This document shows positions 1 to 9,169 of a stretch of DNA of 64,000 nt, one piece after another. The number at the start of each line of letters is the position of its first letter. Positions within the stretch are counted from its first letter, which is position 1. A model generated the notes under the pieces. The model was not told the origin of the DNA and ran no database searches. It saw nothing but the letters and a program-made list of their open reading frames with translations. Source of the stretch: an uncultured Clostridia bacterium (GTDB lineage: Bacteria > Bacillota > Clostridia > Oscillospirales > Acutalibacteraceae); contig CALWIW010000006.1 of the NCBI GenBank assembly GCA_944380855.1, positions 1,183-65,182 of the forward strand, read 5' to 3'. Position numbers and translations under genes: made by a program.

Positions 1-1069
1 GTCCCGTACCGAAGTCGCCCATTATTGCCAAAGCACCAACGCAGACAGCAGAGAAAATAATGTACTCCAAAAGGTTTTTGCTTGTCTGCAACTGGTCCAA
101 GGTTGCGGCACCAACGAAAATAAAGGCTATTTTTACAAATTCAGATGGCTGAATGGTAAAGGAACCTATGGAAATCCAGTTTGCCGCACCGTGCTGAATT
201 TTACCGAAAATAAGGTTTATGGCTAAAAATCCCACGGCACCTATCATAATTATGGTTCTGTATTTTTTAACTCTGTCGGGATTTTCCATAAACTTTATAA
301 GGAAAATAAACAGAGCCATTCCCATTGCGGCGGTTATCATCTGGGTGTAAGCCTGCCGCTCTACCTGCCGTACAAGAAGCATTACTCCCAGTCCCGTCAG
401 GAAAAATCCCAAGGCTTCCAGCTCAAAATTAACTCTCTTTAAAACCACCGTAGAAACAAAGAAAAATGTCCAGCCCAATGCCGCAAGACAGCCCCAAACC
501 ACAAGAGGTCTGAAATCCTGTATTTCATTGGAAAAGCAGGCGGCAAGTGCCATAAGCAGATGGAATACGGTTATAAGTATCATAAGCTTGTACTGTCTTA
601 TGGAAAGCTTTGTCTTTGCCTTGGAGAAATACCACGAGGGCTTTATTTCCTCGGAATATTCGTTTCCTCTTCTCACTGCCAGCGTGGCAGAACCCACGGA
701 TATTTCATCGTCAATCATAAGCTTTACTCTGCCGCGGGTTTTCTTTCCGTTGACATATGTTCCTGATTTTGATTTTGTGTCGGTTATAAACCAGCCGTCC
801 TCACGGCGAAGCAAAACACTGTGATCACGTGAAACCGTATCGTTTTGAATACATATATCGCTTCGTCTGCTTCTTCCTATGGAATTTTCCCAAAACACCA
901 CAGGGTACTGCTGACCTGTTATAATGTCAACCAAAGTAAGCAGAGGTTTTTCCGCTCTTCTGTGATGACGCATTGATTTATAACACTGATATACTATTAC
1001 CGCCGCATAAATAGGCAAAAGCATTCTCAGAGCAACAACCGAAGCGTCCATTATCATTTGTATATCCAA
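1..1069 (-). CDS. FHA domain-FtsW/RodA/SpoVE (SEDS) fusion protein, 3' end outside window
   Basis: Not in ORF track because it runs off the edge. Manual translation from TTG 1069 (or ATG 1057; RBS AAGGGTGA) gives FHA motifs IGRSRRSDI..VSRDHS..SKSGTYVNG, then TM helices and SEDS motifs IQPSEFVKI and GDFGT. Confidence 0.85.
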   Translation of the reverse strand, partial: MDIQMIMDASVVALRMLLPIYAAVIVYQCYKSMRHHRRAEKPLLTLVDIITGQQYPVVFWENSIGRSRRSDICIQNDTVSRDHSVLLRREDGWFITDTKSKSGTYVNGKKTRGRVKLMIDDEISVGSATLAVRRGNEYSEEIKPSWYFSKAKTKLSIRQYKLMILITVFHLLMALAACFSNEIQDFRPLVVWGCLAALGWTFFFVSTVVLKRVNFELEALGFFLTGLGVMLLVRQVERQAYTQMITAAMGMALFIFLIKFMENPDRVKKYRTIIMIGAVGFLAINLIFGKIQHGAANWISIGSFTIQPSEFVKIAFIFVGAATLDQLQTSKNLLEYIIFSAVCVGALAIMGDFGTG

Positions 1070-1325
1070 AAAATCACCCTTTCCTGTAAAGGCATTAATT
1101 AAATAGCTGCGTTTACTGTTATTTAACTGCACAGAAGCAAATTAATTTGTAATACTTCTGCACCTTATATCATATTACCAAAACGTGATAATGTCAACAA
1201 ACCTTTGATGAATTAATTGCTTGGTTTACCTCTTAAAAAGAAATTCATTATTATGCACTTTAAAAAGTGTGTTATTAAAAAAATATTTGGCAATTTGCTC
1301 TTTATACTTGCCTGCGTTCACAAAC

Positions 1326-1379
1326 TTTACACATTTTTTACAAACAGCTAACATTCTTTTTACCTGCACACTTCATAAT
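1326..1379 (+). promoter_or_regulatory. Putative Pho-box array and -10 element
   Basis: TTTACA/TTTACA/CTAACA/TTTACC at 1326, 1337, 1348 and 1359 (exact 11-bp period), then CATAAT at 1374-1379, upstream of a phosphate transporter. Confidence 0.6.
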
Positions 1380-1421
1380 AGAAACGATTTAACACGAAAA
1401 AACTACAAAAGGATGGTAGAA

Positions 1422-3170
1422 ATGGACGTTTTATCAATTATAGCCCTTTTGGGAGGACTTGCCTTTTTCCTCTTCGGAATGAACATAATGGGCGAGGGTC
1501 TTGAAAAAGTCGGAGGCGGAAAGCTTGAAAAAACATTAGAAAAGCTTACCTCGGGAGTGTTCAGAGGCGTATTGCTTGGAACTGCCGTAACCGCCGTAAT
1601 TCAAAGCTCTTCCGCAACCACAGTTATGGTTGTGGGATTTGTAAACTCAGGTATAATGAAGCTGGGTCAGGCCGTAGGCGTTATAATGGGTGCCAACATA
1701 GGTACAACCATAACTGCCTGGATTTTAAGCCTTACAGGTATTGAGGGTGACGGTCTTTTCATGCAGATGCTGAAACCAAGCACTTTCGCACCGCTTTTCG
1801 CTTTTATTGCAATAGCTGTTACCATGTTTGCAAAGAAGCAAAAAACAAAGGATATTTGCATGATAATAGTAGGCTTTGCAATCCTTATGGCAGGTATGGA
1901 CACCATGAGTGCTGCCGTTAAACCGCTGGCAAACGAACCTTGGTTCAGCGATATGTTCTTAATGTTTGCGGGAAATCCGATTTTGGGTATACTTGCAGGT
2001 GCTGTGCTTACCGCAATTATTCAAAGCTCTTCCGCATCGGTTGGTATTTTGCAGGCGTTGTCAGCAACGGGAGCAATATCATTCGGCGGTGCTTTCCCTA
2101 TTATTTTGGGTCAGAATATCGGTACCTGTGCCACAGCTCTTATTTCCTGTATCGGAGCAAAGAAAAACGCACAAAGAGCAGCGTTTATCCATCTCTACTT
2201 TAACATAGTAGGTGTTGTCGCTATATCCCTGCTGTTCTACGGAATAAACAGCTTTATGCAGTTTGATTTTGTAAACGACACCATAAGCAGAACGGGAATA
2301 GCTATTATCCACACCACCTTTAACGTGGTTGCCACCGCTATATTACTTCCCTTTAACAAGCTTCTTGTTAAGCTTGCAACTCTCACAATCAAAGACGAAA
2401 AGCAAACAGAGGAAACTCCTTTGCTTGACGAAAGATTCTTAAACACTCCTGCTGTTGCCACAGAACGCTGCATGAGACTTACTGCTGAAATGGCTGAAAT
2501 TTCTAAAAACATTATGTTTAAGGCTTTCTCCTGCATAAATAACTTCGACCCTGAAAAGGAAACTGAAATTCTCGAGGGAGAAAAGAGAGTTGACCATTAC
2601 GAGGATATGCTGGGAACATATCTTGTAAAGCTCAGTGCGAAAAGCTTGTCGGCAAACGACAGCAACATGGTTTCCGGAATGCTTCACAGCATAGGCGACC
2701 TTGAAAGAATAAGCGACCATGCCGTGTCCGTCCTTAAAGTAGCAAAGGAACTTCACGACAAAAAGCTTTCCTTCTCACCTCAGGCACAGGAAGAACTGAG
2801 CTATCTTATATCGGCTACAAAGGAAATACTTTCCACAACTTTGATTGCCCTTAATAAGCGTGACCTGATTTTGGCGGAAGACATTGAGCCGCTGGAGCAG
2901 ACTATAGACGACATAAAGGCAAAGATGAAAAAGCATCATATAAAGCGTCTGCAAAACAACGAATGTACCATAGAGCTTGGCTTTATCTTTGCGGATCTCC
3001 TTTCAAGCATAGAAAGAGTAAGCGACCTTTGTGCAAACGTTGCGGCATATATGATTGAGGTTGCCGACGACCGTCTGGAAACTCACATTTACTCACACGA
3101 TGTAAGAAAGAACGGCGATAACTACCGTCAGAAATACGAAAGCTACCGCCAAAAATATCTCAAAATGTAA
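1422..3170 (+). CDS. Na+/phosphate cotransporter family protein with C-terminal PhoU-like domains
   Basis: Two IQSSSA repeats, GANIGTT/GQNIGTC motifs, PhoU-like ERISDH. Start refined to ATG 1422 after AAAGGA. Confidence 0.92.
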   Translation: MDVLSIIALLGGLAFFLFGMNIMGEGLEKVGGGKLEKTLEKLTSGVFRGVLLGTAVTAVIQSSSATTVMVVGFVNSGIMKLGQAVGVIMGANIGTTITAWILSLTGIEGDGLFMQMLKPSTFAPLFAFIAIAVTMFAKKQKTKDICMIIVGFAILMAGMDTMSAAVKPLANEPWFSDMFLMFAGNPILGILAGAVLTAIIQSSSASVGILQALSATGAISFGGAFPIILGQNIGTCATALISCIGAKKNAQRAAFIHLYFNIVGVVAISLLFYGINSFMQFDFVNDTISRTGIAIIHTTFNVVATAILLPFNKLLVKLATLTIKDEKQTEETPLLDERFLNTPAVATERCMRLTAEMAEISKNIMFKAFSCINNFDPEKETEILEGEKRVDHYEDMLGTYLVKLSAKSLSANDSNMVSGMLHSIGDLERISDHAVSVLKVAKELHDKKLSFSPQAQEELSYLISATKEILSTTLIALNKRDLILAEDIEPLEQTIDDIKAKMKKHHIKRLQNNECTIELGFIFADLLSSIERVSDLCANVAAYMIEVADDRLETHIYSHDVRKNGDNYRQKYESYRQKYLKM

Positions 3171-3181
3171 TTCTTTTAAAT

Positions 3182-3770
3182 CCGACCTGCAAAGGTAGGA
3201 TTTAAAAATTGACTACTACACAGGTCGGGCGAAACCTTTTATTTTCGCCTTGCAAAACTTAGTTTTAGAAATTAACATCATTACAAGGCGGACGAATTTT
3301 TTAAATCCGACCTGCAAAGGGAAGATATAAAAATCAACTACTGCACAGGTCGGGCGAAACGTTAGTTTAAAAAAATTACAATGGCTATGTCACGATTAAC
3401 TTGGTGGCATAGCCGTTTTTTATTTTTTTATCTCCGACTTTTTTATATCCGACGTGCAGGACTTTTCCTAACAAATAAACTTCATCACACGTCGGGAGAA
3501 ACGTTAGTTTAAAAAATTACAATGGCTCTGTTACAATTAGGTTTGTAACAAAGTCTTTTTTATTATGATAGCTATAAATAACCACACCTGCGAAATACAA
3601 TTCCATAAAAGAACAATAAAAACAGTCATGGTTAGAAATATAACCATGACTGTAAAATTTTAATATTTAAAATAAATCCTGCCGAGAGCGAACCATTCCA
3701 AAGACTTAGGAAAACGTTTCGCCCGACCTGAAACGAAAGTTAATTTTTAAATCCTACCTTTGCAGGTCGG
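3182..3770. repeat. Array of five 47-nt palindromic cassettes plus accessory hairpins (composite element copy A)
   Basis: Cassettes at 3182-3228, 3245-3291, 3307-3353, 3449-3495 and inverted at 3723-3770. Extra hairpins at 3383-3414 and 3622-3653. Confidence 0.9.
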
Positions 3771-3779
3771 ATTTAAAAA

Positions 3780-4646
3780 TCAAGCCTTGTTTACAGAACC
3801 GAAGAGCTCCATTTTCTCTTTAACAGTTTCCTTGATAGCCTCGAAGCCCGGAGCCAAAAGCTTTCTTGGGTCAAATCCCTTGCCCTGCTGGTCCTTGCCT
3901 GCTTCAATATACTTTCTTGTAGCCTCTGCGAAAGCAAGCTGGCACTCTGTGTTTACGTTGATTTTTGAAACGCCAAGGTCGATAGCCTTCTTAATCATGT
4001 CAGCAGGAATACCTGTACCGCCGTGGAGAACCAATGGCATAGCACCTGTAAGCTTCTGAACAGCGTCAAGAGTTTCAAAGCTGAGACCCTGCCAGTTTTC
4101 AGGATATTTTCCGTGGATATTGCCGATACCTGCTGCAAGCATTGTAACGCCGAGGTCAGCAATCTTCTTGCACTCTTCAGGATCTGCACATTCGCCGGCA
4201 CCGATAACGCCGTCTTCCTCTCCGCCGATTGAGCCAACCTCAGCTTCAAGGGAAAGACCCTTTTCGTTGCAGATAGCAACAAGCTCTTTAGTCTTTTCTA
4301 CGTTCTCCTCGATTGGGTAGTGTGAACCGTCGAACATTACGGAGCTGAAGCCTGCCTCGATGCATTTGAGAGCACCTTCGTATGAACCGTGGTCAAGATG
4401 GAGAGCAACAGGAACAGTAATGTTAAGCTCCTCAAGCATACCGTTAACCATGCCTACAACAGTCTTGTAGCCGCACATATATTTTCCTGCACCTTCGGAA
4501 ACACCGAGGATAACCGGTGAGTTAAGTTCCTGAGCTGTAAGAAGGATAGCCTTTGTCCACTCAAGGTTGTTGATGTTGAACTGGCCTACTGCATAATGGC
4601 CTGCCTTTGCCTTTGTGAGCATATCACGAGCATTTACTAATGGCAT
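3780..4646 (-). CDS. fba: Class II fructose-1,6-bisphosphate aldolase
   Basis: VALHLDHG, GNIHGKY, LVLHGGTG and KINVNTE motifs. Confidence 0.97.
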   Translation of the reverse strand: MPLVNARDMLTKAKAGHYAVGQFNINNLEWTKAILLTAQELNSPVILGVSEGAGKYMCGYKTVVGMVNGMLEELNITVPVALHLDHGSYEGALKCIEAGFSSVMFDGSHYPIEENVEKTKELVAICNEKGLSLEAEVGSIGGEEDGVIGAGECADPEECKKIADLGVTMLAAGIGNIHGKYPENWQGLSFETLDAVQKLTGAMPLVLHGGTGIPADMIKKAIDLGVSKINVNTECQLAFAEATRKYIEAGKDQQGKGFDPRKLLAPGFEAIKETVKEKMELFGSVNKA

Positions 4647-4717
4647 TTAAATCTACCTCCGATAATATAAATTGATATAATGGGCACACAAACCTAATCT
4701 GTGTCCTATACATCTAA

Positions 4718-4746
4718 ATTATACAATACTCCGTTAAAAATATCAA
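4718..4746 (-). promoter_or_regulatory. sigma-A promoter of fba
   Basis: TTGATA-17 bp-TATAAT on the minus strand. Confidence 0.6.
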
Positions 4747-4877
4747 GCAAATAAATAAATGCAGACAAAAATCTTTGAAAAGAGGTGCAAAATCAGCAAA
4801 AAAGGATAAAAAACAATAAGCTTTTCCAGCTTTTGCGGCAAAGATTTTTATAGTTTTACAATTTTTCACCTACACAA

Positions 4878-4906
4878 TAGACAACATAATTTCTAAGTGG
4901 TATAAT
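4878..4906 (+). promoter_or_regulatory. sigma-A promoter of the ddl-murF operon
   Basis: TAGACA-17 bp-TATAAT with extended -10 TG. Confidence 0.7.
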
Positions 4907-4930
4907 ATATCAGATTATAATGTAGAGGGA

Positions 4931-5983
4931 GTGTTCCTTTTGAAAATTGCAGTTTTATCAGGCGGACTCAGCACGGAAAGAGACGTTTCCATAACCTCAG
5001 GCTCACTTGTTTCCAAGGCTTTGCGTGAGCGTGGACATCAGGTGGTTTTGCTTGATGTTTATATGGGATATGAGGAGGAAAACTGTAACCCGGAAGAGCT
5101 TTTTAATAAAGGTTACGATTTTACAAAAGATGCGGTAATAAGCGAAAATGTGCCTAACCTTAAAATGGTAAAGGCAATGCGTAAGGATAAATCAGACCGT
5201 TTTCTCGGTCAAAATGTGGAGGAAATCTGCCGTTATGCGGATATTGCTTTTTTGGCTCTTCACGGAGATGTGGGAGAAAACGGAAAGCTTCAGGCGACCT
5301 TTGACCTTTTGGGAATAAAGTATACGGGAACAGGCTGTCTGGGAAGTGCAATATCAATGCACAAGGGAATAAGCAAAAGCGTTTTATCATATAACGGAGT
5401 GCCTGTACCGAGAGGTCAGGTTTTCAACAGGAAAACCCCTGTGTCAAGCTGGAATTTCTTCCCCTGCGTGGTAAAGCCCTGCTCCGGCGGAAGCAGCGTG
5501 GGAGTTTCAATTGTCAGCAATCAGGAGGAATTTTCCTCTGCTATGGAAGAGGCTTTCCGCTATGAAGAAGAGGTAATAGTGGAACAGTATGTAAAGGGAA
5601 GAGAATTTTCCGTAGGCCTTTTGGACGGAAAGGCGTTGCCTATTATAGAAATCAAGCCGAAAAACGGATTTTACGACTATAAAAACAAATATCAAAGCGG
5701 CATGACAGAGGAAATCTGTCCGGCAGAGCTTGACGCTCAGTCCACAGTAAGAATGAAAAAGTATGCGGAACAGGCATACAAGGCTTTGATGCTTCAGGCT
5801 TATTCAAGAATTGACTTTTTGATGGACGAAAAAGGAGATATGTACTGTCTTGAAGCAAACACACTTCCGGGAATGACGCCTATGAGTCTTTTGCCCCAGG
5901 AAGCAAGGGTTCAGGGAATTGAATACGGCGAGCTTTGCGAAAATATTATAGCTTTGTCTTTGGATAAATATCATAAGAGGTAA
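4931..5983 (+). CDS. ddl: D-alanine--D-alanine ligase
   Basis: GGxSxERxVS, ALHGxxGENG, GSSVG, FYDYKNKY, EANTLPGMT. Confidence 0.96.
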   Translation: MFLLKIAVLSGGLSTERDVSITSGSLVSKALRERGHQVVLLDVYMGYEEENCNPEELFNKGYDFTKDAVISENVPNLKMVKAMRKDKSDRFLGQNVEEICRYADIAFLALHGDVGENGKLQATFDLLGIKYTGTGCLGSAISMHKGISKSVLSYNGVPVPRGQVFNRKTPVSSWNFFPCVVKPCSGGSSVGVSIVSNQEEFSSAMEEAFRYEEEVIVEQYVKGREFSVGLLDGKALPIIEIKPKNGFYDYKNKYQSGMTEEICPAELDAQSTVRMKKYAEQAYKALMLQAYSRIDFLMDEKGDMYCLEANTLPGMTPMSLLPQEARVQGIEYGELCENIIALSLDKYHKR

Positions 5984-5987
5984 AGAA

Positions 5988-7367
5988 ATGGCAATGAAAA
6001 AAATAACGGTGGGTCAGGCTGCACAGGCCTGCTGCGGCAGGCTTGTGGGAAAAGAGTCTGACGCCGACCTGGTGATAAAAAATATATTTACCGACAGCCG
6101 TAAGGTCAGTGACGGTTCTCTTTTTGCTGCAATAAAGGGAGAGCGTGTTGACGGTCACGATTTTATAAACCAATGCTTTGACAAGGGAGCTGTTTGTGCA
6201 ATTTCAGAAAAAGAAATAGAAACAGACAAACCTTACATTCTGGTAGACTCTACTCTTCAGGCATTAAAGGACATAGCAGCCTTTTACAGAAGCCTTTTTG
6301 ATATTCCATTTATCGGAGTTACCGGAAGCGTGGGAAAAACCTCTACAAAGGAAATGCTTTCAAGCGTTCTTTCCCAAAAATTCAAGGTTCATAAAACTCA
6401 GGGCAACTTCAACAACGAGCTGGGAGTTCCCCTCACAATTTTCGGACTTGAGGAAGATCACGAAATTGCCGTTATTGAAATGGGCATTTCCGATTTCGGA
6501 GAAATGACAAGGCTTTCAAAAATTGTACGTCCCGACTGCTGTGTTATAACAAACATCGGCTGATGTCATCTTGAAAATCTTGTTGACCGTGACGGAGTTT
6601 GCAAAGCAAAAACCGAAATGTTTGCTTTTATGAATCCTATGGGAATGATTTTTTTAAACGGCGATGACGACAAGCTGCAAAAAATACACGAGGTTACGGT
6701 AAATCAGCATAGAATAACGCCTGTTTTTTACGGTATTTCCAATAAAAACACATTCCATGCCGAAAACATTGCGGGAAATGTCCGTGACGGAATTGAATGT
6801 GATATTATTTATGACCAAGTAAAAAACCGCGTATTTATTCCGGCAATCGGCACCTATATGGTGACAAATGCCCTTGCCGCTTTTGCGGTGGGAAAAGCAT
6901 TGGGACTTACCGACAGCGAAATTATCAAAGGTATTGCCGCCTTTGAAACAGTGGGAAGCAGAGCCAGAGTTATTGACACGGGATTTATCACCATTATTGA
7001 CGACTGCTACAATGCAAACCCCACATCGGTGCAGGGAGCAATTGATACCCTTGTAAAATTCCCCGGAAGAAAAGTGGCGGTTTTGGGCGATATGAAAGAA
7101 CTGGGAGTCAAAACTCAGGATTACCATATAGAAACAGGAAAATATCTTCACAGCCACGGCGTAGACGTGCTTGTGGCTGTAGGGGAGCTTGCCCAAAACA
7201 TATATTTGGGAGCACAAATGCCGGAAAAATCAATCTATTTTGCAACCACCGAAGAGGCTTGCGAAAGAATTTACGATGTAATAAAGGAAAATGACACAGT
7301 GCTTGTAAAGGCTTCTCATTCCATGCATTTTGAGAATATTACAGAAGCACTTGAAAAGCTGAAATAA
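5988..7367 (+). CDS. murF: UDP-N-acetylmuramoyl-tripeptide--D-Ala-D-Ala ligase, interrupted by one in-frame TGA at 6561-6563
   Basis: ORFs 5988-6563 and 6618-7367 are in the same frame. Reading through gives TNIG*CHLENL. DSRK, GSVGKT, GNFNNELG, DDCYNANP, LGDMKELG and LVKAS motifs are intact. Confidence 0.9.
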
Positions 7368-7400
7368 ATTTTATCTAAATTAAAGGCAGGAAAAATTTTT

Positions 7401-8216
7401 ATGGATTATAAAATTGTCGCTCTTGATATAGACGGAACTTTGGTAAATTCCAAAAAAGAAATAACAGACGCTACAAGAGATATTCTTATTAAAATTCAAG
7501 AGGAGGGCTGTAAGGTTGCAATAGCCACAGGCAGACCCTTTAAAGGAGCGGTAGAGCAGGCTGAAAAGCTGAAGCTTTCTAAGTACGGCGGTTATCTTAT
7601 GTGCTACAACGGCGGTCTTATTATGGACTGCAAGGAAAACAAAGAGGTTTTCAGCCGTAATTTGCCAAACGAATATATTCCGGAAATATGCGAGGGACTT
7701 AAAGGTCTTGATATAACCGTAAATACATATTATAAAGATGAAATTATAGCTTCAAACAGCATAAACAAATACACGGAAATTGAACCGGCTATTGTGAAAA
7801 TGAATTTGCGTTATGTTGAGGATTTTGTAAATTTTGTAACCTTCCCCATAAACAAATGTCTGCTTACCGGAGAGCCTGAGGAAATTGCAAAGCTGGAGCC
7901 TGTGTTTAAAGAGAAGTTCAGCGGCAGACTTGACGTATTTAAATCCGAACCCTTCTTTTTGGAGCTTGTTCCCAAGGGTGTAAACAAGGGAGAAGCTATA
8001 ACAAAGCTTGCGGAAATTAACAATGTGGATATATCACAAACCATGTCTTTCGGCGACGGCTTTAACGATGTTGAGCTTATCAAAACCGCCGGCATGGGCA
8101 TTGCCATGGCAAATGCCTGCAAAGAGGTTTTGGACGCTGCCGATTATGTGACACTGAGCAACGATATGGACGGTATTGCCGCCGCCATAGAAAAATTCTT
8201 TTACGGAAAGCGATAA
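7401..8216 (+). CDS. Cof-type HAD-IIB hydrolase
   Basis: DIDGTL, ATGR, NKG and FGDGFND motifs. Confidence 0.93.
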   Translation: MDYKIVALDIDGTLVNSKKEITDATRDILIKIQEEGCKVAIATGRPFKGAVEQAEKLKLSKYGGYLMCYNGGLIMDCKENKEVFSRNLPNEYIPEICEGLKGLDITVNTYYKDEIIASNSINKYTEIEPAIVKMNLRYVEDFVNFVTFPINKCLLTGEPEEIAKLEPVFKEKFSGRLDVFKSEPFFLELVPKGVNKGEAITKLAEINNVDISQTMSFGDGFNDVELIKTAGMGIAMANACKEVLDAADYVTLSNDMDGIAAAIEKFFYGKR

Positions 8217-8234
8217 ATATCAAAGGAGCGTAAA

Positions 8235-9149
8235 ATGGATATTACAAACAGTCAATTTGAAATTCTTGCCTGTATAGAAAGGGAAAACAGAGAAAACAAC
8301 GAAAGCTGCGGCACAGGAAAAATTGCTGCCGAAACAAAGCTTCCCCCGGACATGGTAAAAAGCATCTGCACGGAATTTGTAAAAAGCGGATTTCTCCTTG
8401 AGGACAAAGGGGGCTTTACTGTTTCAAAAACAGGTTTAAAGCTTTTAGAGCCTTACAGAGTAAAAAGAGCGGTCATTCTTGCCGCAGGCTTCGGCTCACG
8501 AATGGTGCCCATAACCCTAAACACGCCAAAACCTTTGGTAAGGGTAAAGGGCAAAATGATTATTGAAACGCTTCTTGACGCAGTTGTAAATGCGGGCATT
8601 GAAGAAATTATACTTATCAGAGGTTATCTTTGGGAACAGTTTGACCAGTTAAAATACAAATATCCCAATATAAAATTTATTAAAAACCACCTGTACAACA
8701 AGGCAAACAACATTTCCTCGGCACTTATCGCCAAGGATTTGCTTGAAAACGCCTATGTATGCGAGGCTGATTTGCTTGTGAGCAATCCTCACCTTATCAG
8801 AAAATACGAGTACAGGAGCAATTATCTGGGTCAGTACAAGGACTACACCGACGACTGGTGCTTTAAGGTTGAAAACGGTGTAATCAAGGAGCTTCTTGTG
8901 GGCAGTGAAAACTGCTATCATATGTACGGTATTTCCTATTGGACAAGCGAAGACGGCAAAAAGATGTCCTCGGATATAGAAAAGGTTTACAACATGGCTG
9001 ATGGCAAGGAAAAATACTGGGACGAAGTGGCTCTGCGTTTCTGTATGGATAACTATAAAATATATGTAAGACCCTGCTTTGAGGGCGATATAGTGGAAAT
9101 AGATACTTTTAAGGAATTGCAGGAAATAGACAGCTCCTATAAACTGTAA
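8235..9149 (+). CDS. LicC-like CTP:phosphocholine cytidylyltransferase with N-terminal winged-helix domain
   Basis: AVILAAGFGSRM..TPKPL, YNKANNISS, EIDT. About 70 aa HTH-like N-terminal extension. Confidence 0.75.
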   Translation: MDITNSQFEILACIERENRENNESCGTGKIAAETKLPPDMVKSICTEFVKSGFLLEDKGGFTVSKTGLKLLEPYRVKRAVILAAGFGSRMVPITLNTPKPLVRVKGKMIIETLLDAVVNAGIEEIILIRGYLWEQFDQLKYKYPNIKFIKNHLYNKANNISSALIAKDLLENAYVCEADLLVSNPHLIRKYEYRSNYLGQYKDYTDDWCFKVENGVIKELLVGSENCYHMYGISYWTSEDGKKMSSDIEKVYNMADGKEKYWDEVALRFCMDNYKIYVRPCFEGDIVEIDTFKELQEIDSSYKL

Positions 9150-9169
9150 TTTTTGAGGAGATAAGTAAT

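Noticed and set aside
528-824. Short antisense and overlapping ORFs across the ORF track
   Set aside because: They are shadows of well-supported genes on the other strand or frame, with no recognisable motifs.
3182-3770. CRISPR array (constant ~31-nt variable segments between repeats)
   Set aside because: The 'spacers' are related to each other, arms covary across the variable segment, inter-unit distances are irregular, units occur in both orientations, and no cas genes are present.
5988-7367. Genome-wide TGA reassignment
   Set aside because: fba, rnfA, spoIIE and two small genes end at TGA at expected lengths; only one internal TGA was seen.
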